A stretch of 62,621 nucleotides of DNA, the filler included, from Anaerolineae bacterium (lineage in GTDB: Bacteria; Chloroflexota; Anaerolineae; Epilineales; Epilineaceae): the NCBI GenBank assembly GCA_029262755.1. It is 6 parts of 6 records of this genome, joined end to end, with 100 filler letters (N's around TTAATTAATTAA, not from the genome) between each part and the next. Parts side by side here need not be neighbours in the genome. Positions count along the whole stretch, not along the records: positions 10,871 to 27,272 come from JAJCYU010000254.1; 5 more parts are not named here. One strand, 5' to 3'. Position 1 is the first letter of the stretch. Each line of letters opens with the position of its first letter. The position numbers and the translations under genes were made by a program. Positions 12,265 through 22,699 of the stretch are shown one piece after another. The notes beneath the pieces are model-generated. The model worked only from the letters and a program-made list of their open reading frames with translations, was not told the origin of the DNA and searched no databases.

Positions 12265-12738
12265 CTACGACGGCGCAGCGGATCCGTTTGATGTCGATCG
12301 AATCATGCCGCCGAGCACGATGCCCGCGCTGATCAGCACCAGGTTCTTGAGGATGAACTGGCCCTCGAGGGTAGGCACGAGCGGTGGCATCTGCCACGTG
12401 CGTTCCGGGAACAGCACCAGCGGCAGGAACGTGCCCGGCAGCTGCAGGTAGAGCAGGGTCAGTGTCGCGCGCATTCCGCGTCCGATGAGCAAACCGATAC
12501 CGATCAGGGATTCCCATACGGCCAGCACGAACAGCGCGGAGGACGCAGAGAGCAGCCCGCCCGTGATCACCACCATGGTATCGGTCGCGGTTTCCTGGGA
12601 CGGGCTGAGCCCCGGCACGAATTTGAGCGCGCCGAACCAAAGGAACACGACTCCCAGGCTAAGACGTAGGAGCGTGGCGCCGTGCTTCTCCATCCATCGT
12701 CCGTAGCGGTGCGCGAAGCGTCGGATCGAGCTCATCAT
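12265..12738 (-). CDS. DoxX/YkgB-like membrane protein
   Basis: LLRLSLGVVFLWFGALKF and TLEGQFILKNLVLI, with several hydrophobic helices. AGGAG lies upstream of ATG 12738. Confidence 0.85.
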   Translation of the reverse strand: MMSSIRRFAHRYGRWMEKHGATLLRLSLGVVFLWFGALKFVPGLSPSQETATDTMVVITGGLLSASSALFVLAVWESLIGIGLLIGRGMRATLTLLYLQLPGTFLPLVLFPERTWQMPPLVPTLEGQFILKNLVLISAGIVLGGMIRSTSNGSAAPS

Positions 12739-12869
12739 CGGTTGCGGGCTCCTTCGCATGGGGCTCGGGATGACGCGCCTCCCGAGCTACAGTCCGTCGT
12801 GCGGCGGAAGCCGCACGATTCGGATCGAGACCGAGGGACGCATTTCTAGCATGGCGGATCGAGGTTGTC

Positions 12870-14432
12870 ATGGCGGAGGCTGACGGGCAGGAACGAGGCT
12901 CGCAAGATCGGGGTGATGTAGCGTCGTTGCCGCGCGGGCGCGCAGGCGCCTCCTCATTCGCAGCCTCGTTCGGACTCGCGGCATTGGCGCTGGTCGCCGC
13001 GCTCTCGTTGGGGCGCGGGATCACGAACGCCGTCTCCGCCGAATGGGGCTCGACGGACCTGCATGCCTACTGGCTGGCCGGCCACGTCCTGCGCGAAGGC
13101 CGCGATCCCTATGCGGCGTTCGTCTTCGCCCGGCGTCCGGCCGTCCCGGTGCGCTATCTGGACGGCGCCGTCGCACCGCGGTCCGTGATCCAACCCGGCC
13201 TTGGCAACCTGCCCGCGAACACGGCGCCGATGACGCTGCTCCTTGCGCCGCTTGCCTGGTGGTCGTGGCCCGTCGCCCGGGGTCTATGGGCTGCGAGCAA
13301 CCTGGCGCTGTTGCTCGCGATCCCGTGGCTGGCCCTCGGCTTGGCATCGCCCCGCCCGCCGCGTTGGGCGCGATGGGCGACGGCGTCGGCATTCTGGTCG
13401 TTGGTGGCGACGCGCGTGGCGATCGGCACCGGCCAGACGACCCTGCTCGCCCTGGCGTCGATGCTCGGCGCGCTCCTATTGGCCGGCGGCGACGCCGCAC
13501 ACGGGGATCAGAAATCGCGCGGGAGCGAGGGGGCTGCCTCGCGTACGTGGTCGCGCACCGTCGCCGCGGGTTTGTTGCTCGGGCTTGCCGTTTCGAAGTA
13601 CTCACTCGCTCCGCCCGCCGTCCTCTGGCTGGCATGGCGTCGGCGTTGGGGCGTGCTCGCCATTGCGGCGGCGGTGCAGGCACTCGCGTTCGCGGTGATG
13701 GCCGCCCTGCCCGGCGGCGGCTGGAAGGAGACGCTCAACGCCTACCTCATCCTGCTGCAGATGCACCTGCCCCAGGACGGCATCCACCTGGCTGCGGCCT
13801 TCGGCGGTAGCGGGTGGACGGCGCTGCTCGTCGGCCTGCTGATCACCGGCGCGACGGTCGTCGGACTCCGCAGGTGGCCGGCGAAGCGGAGGGAAGGGCG
13901 CCAGGAAGGGAATAGGGAAGGGCCGAAGGAGGGTCACGTCGACGGGACCGATCGGCCCGCGTTGGACGACGATGAGGCGTGGAACCGGCGGGACGCGACG
14001 ATGCTCGCGGTGCTCGCGACGTGGACCCTGCTCGTGGCGTATCACCGCGTCTACGACGTGACCCTGCTGATCCTGCTGCTCGCGCCAGCCCTCGCGGCGA
14101 TCGCCGCGCCGTTCGCCTGGGGGCTTACGCGCGCCGAACGGAACGCGGTGGCGGCCGCGTTGTCGCTCGGCGTCGCGCTGCTGGCCGTGGGCGGCGAAGG
14201 CCTGCTCGGCGCCGCGCTGCCGGATCGCCTCGCGGCGCGCGCCGACGCGATCGCGCAGTTCGCAACGACGGGCACCGTGCTCGCCGCGTGGTTGCTCGCG
14301 CTATGGCTCCACGCCAAGGCGGCCGTGCGCGACGGATCCGCGACCGCGACCGACCGCGACTCGACCCTCAGGACACCAAGCTCTAACCCCCCAAGAATCG
14401 ATGAGCCCCCAGAGCCCCCTAGAGCCCCTTGA
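12870..14432 (+). CDS. Glycosyltransferase family 87 (GT-C, DUF2029-like) membrane protein
   Basis: TDLHAYWLAG after the first helix, then GRDPY, TGQTT, AVSKY and YHRVYD, with many TM helices. Confidence 0.75.
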   Translation: MAEADGQERGSQDRGDVASLPRGRAGASSFAASFGLAALALVAALSLGRGITNAVSAEWGSTDLHAYWLAGHVLREGRDPYAAFVFARRPAVPVRYLDGAVAPRSVIQPGLGNLPANTAPMTLLLAPLAWWSWPVARGLWAASNLALLLAIPWLALGLASPRPPRWARWATASAFWSLVATRVAIGTGQTTLLALASMLGALLLAGGDAAHGDQKSRGSEGAASRTWSRTVAAGLLLGLAVSKYSLAPPAVLWLAWRRRWGVLAIAAAVQALAFAVMAALPGGGWKETLNAYLILLQMHLPQDGIHLAAAFGGSGWTALLVGLLITGATVVGLRRWPAKRREGRQEGNREGPKEGHVDGTDRPALDDDEAWNRRDATMLAVLATWTLLVAYHRVYDVTLLILLLAPALAAIAAPFAWGLTRAERNAVAAALSLGVALLAVGGEGLLGAALPDRLAARADAIAQFATTGTVLAAWLLALWLHAKAAVRDGSATATDRDSTLRTPSSNPPRIDEPPEPPRAP

Positions 14433-15840
14433 TCTCGCCGATCAGGCCTTCGACCGTCTCCTTGGCGTCGCCGAAGAGCATCTGGGTCTTGGGGTTGAAG
14501 AAGAGTTCGTTCTGCACGCCGGCGTAGCCGGGGCGCATGGAGCGCTTGAAGACGATGATGTTGCGCGCGTTTTCCACGTTGAGGATCGGCATGCCGTAGA
14601 TCGGGCTCGACGGGTCGTTGTGCGCGGCCGGGTTGACCACGTCGTTGGCGCCGATGACCAGGACCACGTCCGTGTTCTCGAGTTCGGCGTTGATGTCGTC
14701 CATGTCCACCAGCTTGTCGTAGGGCACGTTCGCTTCGGCCAGCAAGACGTTCATGTGGCCCGGCATGCGGCCCGCGACCGGGTGGATCGCGAACTTCACG
14801 TCGACGTCACGCTTGGAGAGCAGGTCGAAGAGCTCGCGCACCACGTGTTGCGCCTGGGCGACGGCCATCCCGTAGCCGGGCACGACCACAACGCGGTCGG
14901 CGTAGCTGGTGAGGATCGCGACGTCGTCGGCGTGCGTCTGGCGCACCGTACGTCCTTCTTGGCTCGCCGCCGGCCCCGCCGCGTCGCCGCTGTCGCCGCC
15001 GAAGCCGCCCAGCAGGACGTTGAGCAGCGAGCGGTTCATCGCGTCGCACATGATCGTGGTCAGGATTAGGCCGGAGGCGCCGACCAAAGCGCCGCTGACG
15101 ATCAACGCGGTGTTGGACAGGACGAAGCCCGTCGCGGCCGCGGCAATACCGGAGTAGGAGTTGAGCAGCGCGACGACGACGGGCATGTCGGCGCCGCCGA
15201 TCGGGATCACGAGCAACACGCCGAGCAACGCGGCCAGCAAGGCGATGCCCAGCGCGGCTGCGAGGGGGCCGCCCATGCCCGCCACGGACGGCAGGCTCGT
15301 GGGCGCGAGCGCCATCGCGCCGCCCGCGCCGAGGGCGCCTGCGACGGCGAGTAGCGTCAGGGCGCGCATGCCGGGGAAGCTCACGGGGTTGCCGTTGATC
15401 CGGCCACTGAGCTTCCCGAGCGCGACGATGCTGCCCGTGAAGGTCACGGTGCCGATCAAGATCGAGATCAGGATCGTGACCGTTTCGGTCGGTTGCATCG
15501 GGATATTTTCGGCGAGCAGGTTGTTGACCTCTGCGCCGGCGACCAACGCGGACGCCGCGCCGCCGAAGCCGTTGAACGCGGCCACCATCTCCGGCATCGC
15601 GGTCATCTTGACGGTGCGTGCCAGGTAGAGCCCGATCGCGGCACCGACGGTTGCGCCGCCGATGACCTCGAGGGGGCTGAGGATGCGGTTGGCGAGCAAG
15701 GTGGTGACGATCGCGACGAGCATGCCGGCGGCGGCGATCTGGTTGCCGCGGCGCGCGGTGGCCGGCGAGTTGAGCCGGCGCAGGCCGATGATGAACAGCG
15801 AGGCGGAGACCAGATAGGCGATATTGGTTAGGTTCGGCAT
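14419..15840 (-). CDS. pntB: NAD(P) transhydrogenase subunit beta
   Basis: MTAMPEMVAAFNGFGG, PIGGADMPVVVALLNSYSG, VPGYGMAVAQAQH, HPVAGRMPGHMNVLLAEA. Confidence 0.98.
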   Translation of the reverse strand: MPNLTNIAYLVSASLFIIGLRRLNSPATARRGNQIAAAGMLVAIVTTLLANRILSPLEVIGGATVGAAIGLYLARTVKMTAMPEMVAAFNGFGGAASALVAGAEVNNLLAENIPMQPTETVTILISILIGTVTFTGSIVALGKLSGRINGNPVSFPGMRALTLLAVAGALGAGGAMALAPTSLPSVAGMGGPLAAALGIALLAALLGVLLVIPIGGADMPVVVALLNSYSGIAAAATGFVLSNTALIVSGALVGASGLILTTIMCDAMNRSLLNVLLGGFGGDSGDAAGPAASQEGRTVRQTHADDVAILTSYADRVVVVPGYGMAVAQAQHVVRELFDLLSKRDVDVKFAIHPVAGRMPGHMNVLLAEANVPYDKLVDMDDINAELENTDVVLVIGANDVVNPAAHNDPSSPIYGMPILNVENARNIIVFKRSMRPGYAGVQNELFFNPKTQMLFGDAKETVEGLIGEIKGL

Positions 15841-15844
15841 CGGA

Positions 15845-16123
15845 TTATTTCTTCCGGAACATTTGGAGCATGCGGTCGGTCACGAGGAACCCGCCGACCA
15901 CGTTGATCGTGGCCAACACGAGCGCGGCGACGCCGATCCAGCGCGCAGCAGCGTTGTCCATGGTGCCGGCGGCGATCAAGGCGCCGACGATCGAGATGCC
16001 GCTGATGGCGTTGGAGCCGGACATCAACGGGGTGTGCAATGTGGCGGGCACCTTGCTGATGACCTCGACGCCGACGAAACACGCCAGCACGAAGATGATC
16101 AGCAGTGCTTCCAGGCCGAGCAT
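15845..16123 (-). CDS. pntAb: NAD(P) transhydrogenase subunit alpha part 2 (membrane part)
   Basis: KVPATLHTPLMSGSNAISG and NVVGGFLVTDRMLQMF. Confidence 0.96.
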   Translation of the reverse strand: MLGLEALLIIFVLACFVGVEVISKVPATLHTPLMSGSNAISGISIVGALIAAGTMDNAAARWIGVAALVLATINVVGGFLVTDRMLQMFRKK

Positions 16124-16153
16124 TGGGCGCTCCTGAGGTTGTGGGAGGTCGGC

Positions 16154-17308
16154 TCAGCCGGCCGCGGCGGGGGAGGAGGAGGGCGAGTCGAGCAGCGGCG
16201 CGATCCGGGGATGGATAACCACGCCGTCGTGTGTGGCGCAGCAGCCCGCGACGATCTCGTTTTCCATATCGAGGTTCACCGCGCCGTCGGCCACGAGCTC
16301 TTCGATGGCTGCGCTGACGGTGCGCGCATACATCTGGCTGGCGTGGACCGGCATATCGGCCGCGATGTTGAGGGGCCCGTGGATCGTGACGCCATGGCGC
16401 ACGACGGTTTCACCGGGCACGGTCAGCGCACAGTTGCCGCCGTTGGGCGCGGCGAGGTCGATCACGACGGAACCTTCCGCCATGCCTTCCACCGCCTTTT
16501 CCGTGATTAACAAGGGAGCGGGCCGGCCCGGAATCAGCGCCGTGGAAATCACGACGTCCGCTTCGGAGACGACCTCGCCGAGCAACTCGATCTGCCGCTT
16601 CTGCCGGTCTTCGTCGAGGGCCTTGGCGTAGCCGCCTTCCGTGGCCGCGTCCTCCGTGTCCAACGCGAGCTCGACGAACTTGGCGCCGAGACTACGTACC
16701 TCCTCGGCGGCAGCCGGACGGATGTCGTAGCCGGAAACCTCGGCGCCGAGCCGGCGCGCGGTCGCGATCGCTTGTAGACCCGCGACGCCCGCGCCGAGCA
16801 CGAGCACCTTGGCCGGGCGCAGAGTGCCGGCGGCCGTGGTGAGCAGGGGGAAGAATTTGGGCAGCATTGCAGCCGCGTCGAGTGCAGCACGGTAGCCGGC
16901 CACGGCGCTCATCGCCGACAGCGCGTCCATCCTCTGCGCGCGTGTGATCCGCGGCACGAGCTCCATCGCGAAGGCGGTGACACCGCGTGCCGCCAAGGCC
17001 GCGCTGATACCGGGATCATCGAGCGGGCGGAGGAAGCCGATGACCGCTGCGCCCGGTTGCATGAGGGCGATCTCCTCAGCGTTGGGCGGCTGCACCCGCG
17101 CGACGAGCTGCGCGCCGTGCGCCTCCGCCGCCGTGCCGATGAGTGCGCCGGCATCGACATAGGCCGCGTCGGCGATATGCGCGCCGGCGCCGGCCCCCGA
17201 CTCGACGACGACCTCGAAGCCCTGCTTGATTAGCCGGGAGACGACGCCGGGCACGAGGGCCACGCGTCGTTCGCCGGGATCGGATTCCCGGGGAATGCCA
17301 ATGATCAT
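16154..17308 (-). CDS. pntAa: NAD(P) transhydrogenase subunit alpha part 1
   Basis: MIIGIPRE...GERRVAL, VPRITRAQRMDALS, GAGVAGLQA, TALIPGRPAP. Start taken at ATG 17308, not at the ORF-track extension. Confidence 0.96.
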   Translation of the reverse strand: MIIGIPRESDPGERRVALVPGVVSRLIKQGFEVVVESGAGAGAHIADAAYVDAGALIGTAAEAHGAQLVARVQPPNAEEIALMQPGAAVIGFLRPLDDPGISAALAARGVTAFAMELVPRITRAQRMDALSAMSAVAGYRAALDAAAMLPKFFPLLTTAAGTLRPAKVLVLGAGVAGLQAIATARRLGAEVSGYDIRPAAAEEVRSLGAKFVELALDTEDAATEGGYAKALDEDRQKRQIELLGEVVSEADVVISTALIPGRPAPLLITEKAVEGMAEGSVVIDLAAPNGGNCALTVPGETVVRHGVTIHGPLNIAADMPVHASQMYARTVSAAIEELVADGAVNLDMENEIVAGCCATHDGVVIHPRIAPLLDSPSSSPAAAG

Positions 17309-17513
17309 GAGCCTGTCCTGCCGCGGCGTGCTCGTGCCAAGCGAGATGCATGGACGATGGATGATCGCGGATCGCGCAATGGTGCAGCAAGGCCGGCCGT
17401 CCTGGCAATTGCCATACACGTCGCGGCGTAGGGCTTGGCCGAGAATTCGGCTTGCGCAGCGCTTGTCATTGGGTCTACCCTCGCGCGGCCCGATCACCTT
17501 CTGATGGATATAG

Positions 17514-18899
<1,386 letters not shown>

Positions 18900-18961
18900 G
18901 CTCTCGGCGACGCGTCCCATCGACATCGGATGCCAAGGCGAAGGGCGAGAGGACGAGACCA

Positions 18962-21900
18962 ATGGTGAGCCTGGCGGGCGACGTGCTCAGCCACGAAACG
19001 CTCGAACAGTTGGTCGAAGCGCGTGACGCGCAGGCGGCCGAGTTGCAGACGCTGCTCGCGCACCGCGTGGGCGACATCCTGCTTGTCGCGAGCCTCTACG
19101 ACTCGTTTACCTTGAGCGAAGGCGCGCACCTCACCGAGCTGATCCTGGGCGCCTACGATCGGCTCTCCCTGACCGCGCAGCCGACGATCACCCGGGTCTC
19201 CACCCGCGCGCAAGCGCTGGAACGCCTGGCGCAGCGACGCTTCGATATGGTGATTACCATCGGCCAAGTCGGCGACGTGCCGGCCTCGGAGTTCGGCGCG
19301 CGCGTCAAGAAGCTCCATCCGGGGCTGCCGGTGGTGCTCATCGCCTTCGAGATGCGCGAGCTGCACGCGATTGAAGGCGGTCCAATCGGCATCCCGAACA
19401 TCGACCGGACCTTTCTATGGCGTGGTGACGTACGACTTTTCTTGGCGATCATCAAGCTCGTGGAGGACCGGCTCAACGTCGAACGCGACACGCGCGTCGG
19501 CGGCGTGCGCACGCTCATCCTGGTCGAGGACAGCGTGCCCTTCTACTCCATCTACCTGCCGATGATCTTCACGGAGATGATGCGGCAGACGGAGCTGCTC
19601 ATCGAGCAGAGCGTCAACCTCGGACAGCGGTTGCTGCGGCGAAGGCTGCGCCCCCGGGTGCTCATGGCCTCCACGTACGAAGAGGCGGTGAGCCTGTTCG
19701 ACGAGTTCCGTGACACGGTGCTTGCCGTCGTCTCCGACGTCGAGTTCCCCCGCGCCGGCACGATCGACCACGAGGCGGGCCTACGGCTGCTACGCCACAT
19801 TCGCGAGCTCGATCAGGACACGCCGCTGTTGTTGCAATCATCGCGTCATGAGTTTGCCGAGCAAGCCGAGGCGTTGGGCGCGGGCTTCGTCCACAAAGAT
19901 TCCCGTACGCTGCTGTCGGACTTTCACGACTTCATGCTCGAGCACCTCGGTTTCGGTGCCTTCGTGTTCCAGGACGCCGAGGGACACGTGCACGCGCGCG
20001 CCTCCGACATGGGCGAAATGGTCGCGGCCGTATCCTCCGTGCCCGAGCATGTCCTCGAGTACCACGCGAGCCGCAACCATTTCTCGAATTGGCTCATGGC
20101 GCGCACTGAGTTTGAGCTGGCCTCCACGATGCGCACCATGCGCGTATCGGACTTTCCGACAACGGAGTCGATGAGGGACTTCCTTGCTCGCAGCCTTCGC
20201 CGCATCCACAGCTCCGCGCGACGCGGCCAGATCGTGGACTTCGATGCGGCGCGGTTCCGGGGACTGGACGAAGAGAGCGGGCTGGTTCGAATCGGCGGCG
20301 GCTCGTTGGGCGGCAAGGGGCGCGGCCTCGCGTTCGCGCACGAGCTGCTCGGCCGCGGCGACCTATCGGCCGGCTTCGACGACCTGCGCATCTACGTGCC
20401 GCCCACGGCCGTGCTCGGCACGGATACCTTCGACCGCTTCCTCAACAACAGCGACCTGCTGCCCTTCGCGCTGCAGCTCGAAGACGACGTCGAGATCCTT
20501 TCCCAATTTCAGCGCACCAGCTTGCCCGAAGACATCGTCGAGGACCTACGGGTGTTCATCCGGTACGTCGACTTCCCCGTTGCCGTGCGCAGCTCCAGCC
20601 TGCTCGAGGACTCGCACCACCAACCGGCCGCGGGCATCTACCCGACCCACATGCTGCCCAACGCCGACCCGGATCCCGAGGTGCGCCTCGGCCAGCTGAT
20701 CGCCGCCGTGAAGCATATCTATGCCGCCACATTCTTCGCCGGCGCCAAGTCCTACTTCGAGGCCTCGCCCAACCGGGTCGAAGACGAGAAGATGGCGGTC
20801 ATCGTCCAGCGGATCTTCGGCACGCGCCACGGCGATCACCTCTACCCGACGCTCAGCGGGGTCGCCGAATCGCATAACTTCTACCCCGTGCGCGATATGA
20901 AGGCCGACGAAGGTGTGGCCGTCGTCGCACTCGGCCTCGGCAAGACCGTGGTCGACGGGGGGCGGGCCGTGCGCTTTTCACCCGCGCACCCGCAGTGGCT
21001 GCCGCAGTTCTCGTCGGCCGAGGACACGCTGGAGAATGCCCAGCGCTCGTTTTGGGCCTTGGATCTGAGCGTCAAACCGGACTTCAGCGACCCCGATCCG
21101 CGCAGTGGGCTCGTCGAGCTCGGGCTGGACGTGGCCGAAAAGGAAGGGACGCTCTGGCCTGTCGCATCCGTGTACGTGCCGGACAACGATGCCGTTTATG
21201 ATGGCCTTTCGCGTCCGGGCGTGCGGCTGGTGACGATGGCGCCGATCCTCAAGCACAACGCGTTCCCGTTGTGCGCCGCGGTCCGGCGCCTGCTGGAGCT
21301 CGGCCGACTCGGACTCGCGTCGCCGGTCGAGATCGAATACGCCGCGGACGTTCGGCCTGCGCGTGAAGGACCCAGCGCGCTGGCCTTCTTACAGATCCGC
21401 CCCATGGTGCTCACCGATACCGTGCGTCCCTTCGACATCACGAGCATCCCGGTCGAGGATACGTTCATCCGTGCGTCGAACGCCCTCGGCATGGGCCGCC
21501 GCTCCGATATTCTCGACCTCGTCGTGGTCTGCCAGGTCAACTTCCATCACGACAATACGCCGGCTATCGCGCTGGAGGTCGAGCGCATGAACCGCGCATT
21601 GCGGGCGGAGGGCAGACCCTACCTGCTCGTGGGTCCCGGCCGTTGGGGCACAGCCGACCGCTTTCTCGGCATCCCGGTCCAGTGGGGCCAGATCGCCGGC
21701 GCCGCCGTGATCGTGGAATGCGCGCTCGGGGGGCGCATCGTCGAGCCCTCCCAGGGCACGCACTTCTTCCACAACATGACCAGCCTCGGCATCGGCTACT
21801 TCACCGCATGCCGCGGTCAGGAGGACATCGTGGACTGGGCATGGCTCGATACGTTGGAGGAGACGACCGGCCCCGAAGCCCTCGTCCGACACTATCGGCT

Positions 21901-22024
21901 GGATCACCCGGTGGAGGTCTTGATCGACGGCGAGCAGAATCGGGGCGTGGTCAAGAAACGTGGGCAGGCTCAGGGGGCGGGGTCGGACGAGGATCCGGCG
22001 TGGGCGGCCGGCTCGGGCGTCTGA
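18962..22024 (+). CDS. Receiver-like domains fused to a PEP/pyruvate-binding (PPDK N-terminal ATP-grasp) domain
   Basis: REC-like ILVEDS and VVSDVEFP; GGSLGGKGRGL; AVRSSSLLEDS; EKMAVIVQ; LGLGKTVVDG; VEIEYA...FLQIRP. No TxHxA phosphocarrier motif seen. Confidence 0.85.
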   Translation: MVSLAGDVLSHETLEQLVEARDAQAAELQTLLAHRVGDILLVASLYDSFTLSEGAHLTELILGAYDRLSLTAQPTITRVSTRAQALERLAQRRFDMVITIGQVGDVPASEFGARVKKLHPGLPVVLIAFEMRELHAIEGGPIGIPNIDRTFLWRGDVRLFLAIIKLVEDRLNVERDTRVGGVRTLILVEDSVPFYSIYLPMIFTEMMRQTELLIEQSVNLGQRLLRRRLRPRVLMASTYEEAVSLFDEFRDTVLAVVSDVEFPRAGTIDHEAGLRLLRHIRELDQDTPLLLQSSRHEFAEQAEALGAGFVHKDSRTLLSDFHDFMLEHLGFGAFVFQDAEGHVHARASDMGEMVAAVSSVPEHVLEYHASRNHFSNWLMARTEFELASTMRTMRVSDFPTTESMRDFLARSLRRIHSSARRGQIVDFDAARFRGLDEESGLVRIGGGSLGGKGRGLAFAHELLGRGDLSAGFDDLRIYVPPTAVLGTDTFDRFLNNSDLLPFALQLEDDVEILSQFQRTSLPEDIVEDLRVFIRYVDFPVAVRSSSLLEDSHHQPAAGIYPTHMLPNADPDPEVRLGQLIAAVKHIYAATFFAGAKSYFEASPNRVEDEKMAVIVQRIFGTRHGDHLYPTLSGVAESHNFYPVRDMKADEGVAVVALGLGKTVVDGGRAVRFSPAHPQWLPQFSSAEDTLENAQRSFWALDLSVKPDFSDPDPRSGLVELGLDVAEKEGTLWPVASVYVPDNDAVYDGLSRPGVRLVTMAPILKHNAFPLCAAVRRLLELGRLGLASPVEIEYAADVRPAREGPSALAFLQIRPMVLTDTVRPFDITSIPVEDTFIRASNALGMGRRSDILDLVVVCQVNFHHDNTPAIALEVERMNRALRAEGRPYLLVGPGRWGTADRFLGIPVQWGQIAGAAVIVECALGGRIVEPSQGTHFFHNMTSLGIGYFTACRGQEDIVDWAWLDTLEETTGPEALVRHYRLDHPVEVLIDGEQNRGVVKKRGQAQGAGSDEDPAWAAGSGV

Positions 22025-22099
22025 GGGGGAGCCGGGGTCCTCAAGCCGTCCGCGCACCCCATGGTAGATCGTCCGCACCCTGTACGTTTGCGCCGGTCT

Positions 22100-22699
22100 T
22101 CACTCGGCTTCACCTTGCCCGGCCCACGGGACATCCGTCACCCCCGCCATCCCGTTCGCGTGGCGGGCCGCGACGAACAACCAGTCACTGAGGCGGTTGA
22201 GATAACGAAGGACGTCCTCGTTGATCTCTTGCCCCGCCTCGGCCGCCGCGATGACCTTGCGTTCGGCGCGTCGGCATACGGTGCGGGCCAGGTGTAGCTC
22301 GGCCGCAAGGCGCACTCCACCGGGCAGGATGAAGGACGTCAGCGGCGGAAGCGTTGCCGTCATGACGTCCATCTCGGACTCGAGCTCCTCGACCCAGGCG
22401 TCGTGCATGCGGGTCACGTGCGCGTCGGTCGCCTCATCCGGCGGCGTGGCGAGGTCCGCGCCGACGTCGAACAGGCGAGCCTGGATCGCGCGCAGCCGGG
22501 AGACGAGCGCCTTAGTTGCGTCGTCGTCGGGCGCCTCGATTCCACCGTCCGCGCCAACGGAAGCGGTCGCGAGCCCTAGCACGGCGTTCAGCTCGTCGAC
22601 CGCGCCGTAGGCGGCTACGCGCGGATGGGTCTTGGAGACCCGGCGGCCGCCGAAGAGCGACGTGCTGCCTGCGTCACCGGTGCGGGTGTAGATCTTCAT
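22100..22699 (-). CDS. pduO: PduO-type ATP:cob(I)alamin adenosyltransferase
   Basis: MKIYTRTGDAGST, AYGAVDELNA, FILPGG, ARTVCRRAER, YLNRLSDWLF. Confidence 0.93.
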   Translation of the reverse strand: MKIYTRTGDAGSTSLFGGRRVSKTHPRVAAYGAVDELNAVLGLATASVGADGGIEAPDDDATKALVSRLRAIQARLFDVGADLATPPDEATDAHVTRMHDAWVEELESEMDVMTATLPPLTSFILPGGVRLAAELHLARTVCRRAERKVIAAAEAGQEINEDVLRYLNRLSDWLFVAARHANGMAGVTDVPWAGQGEAE

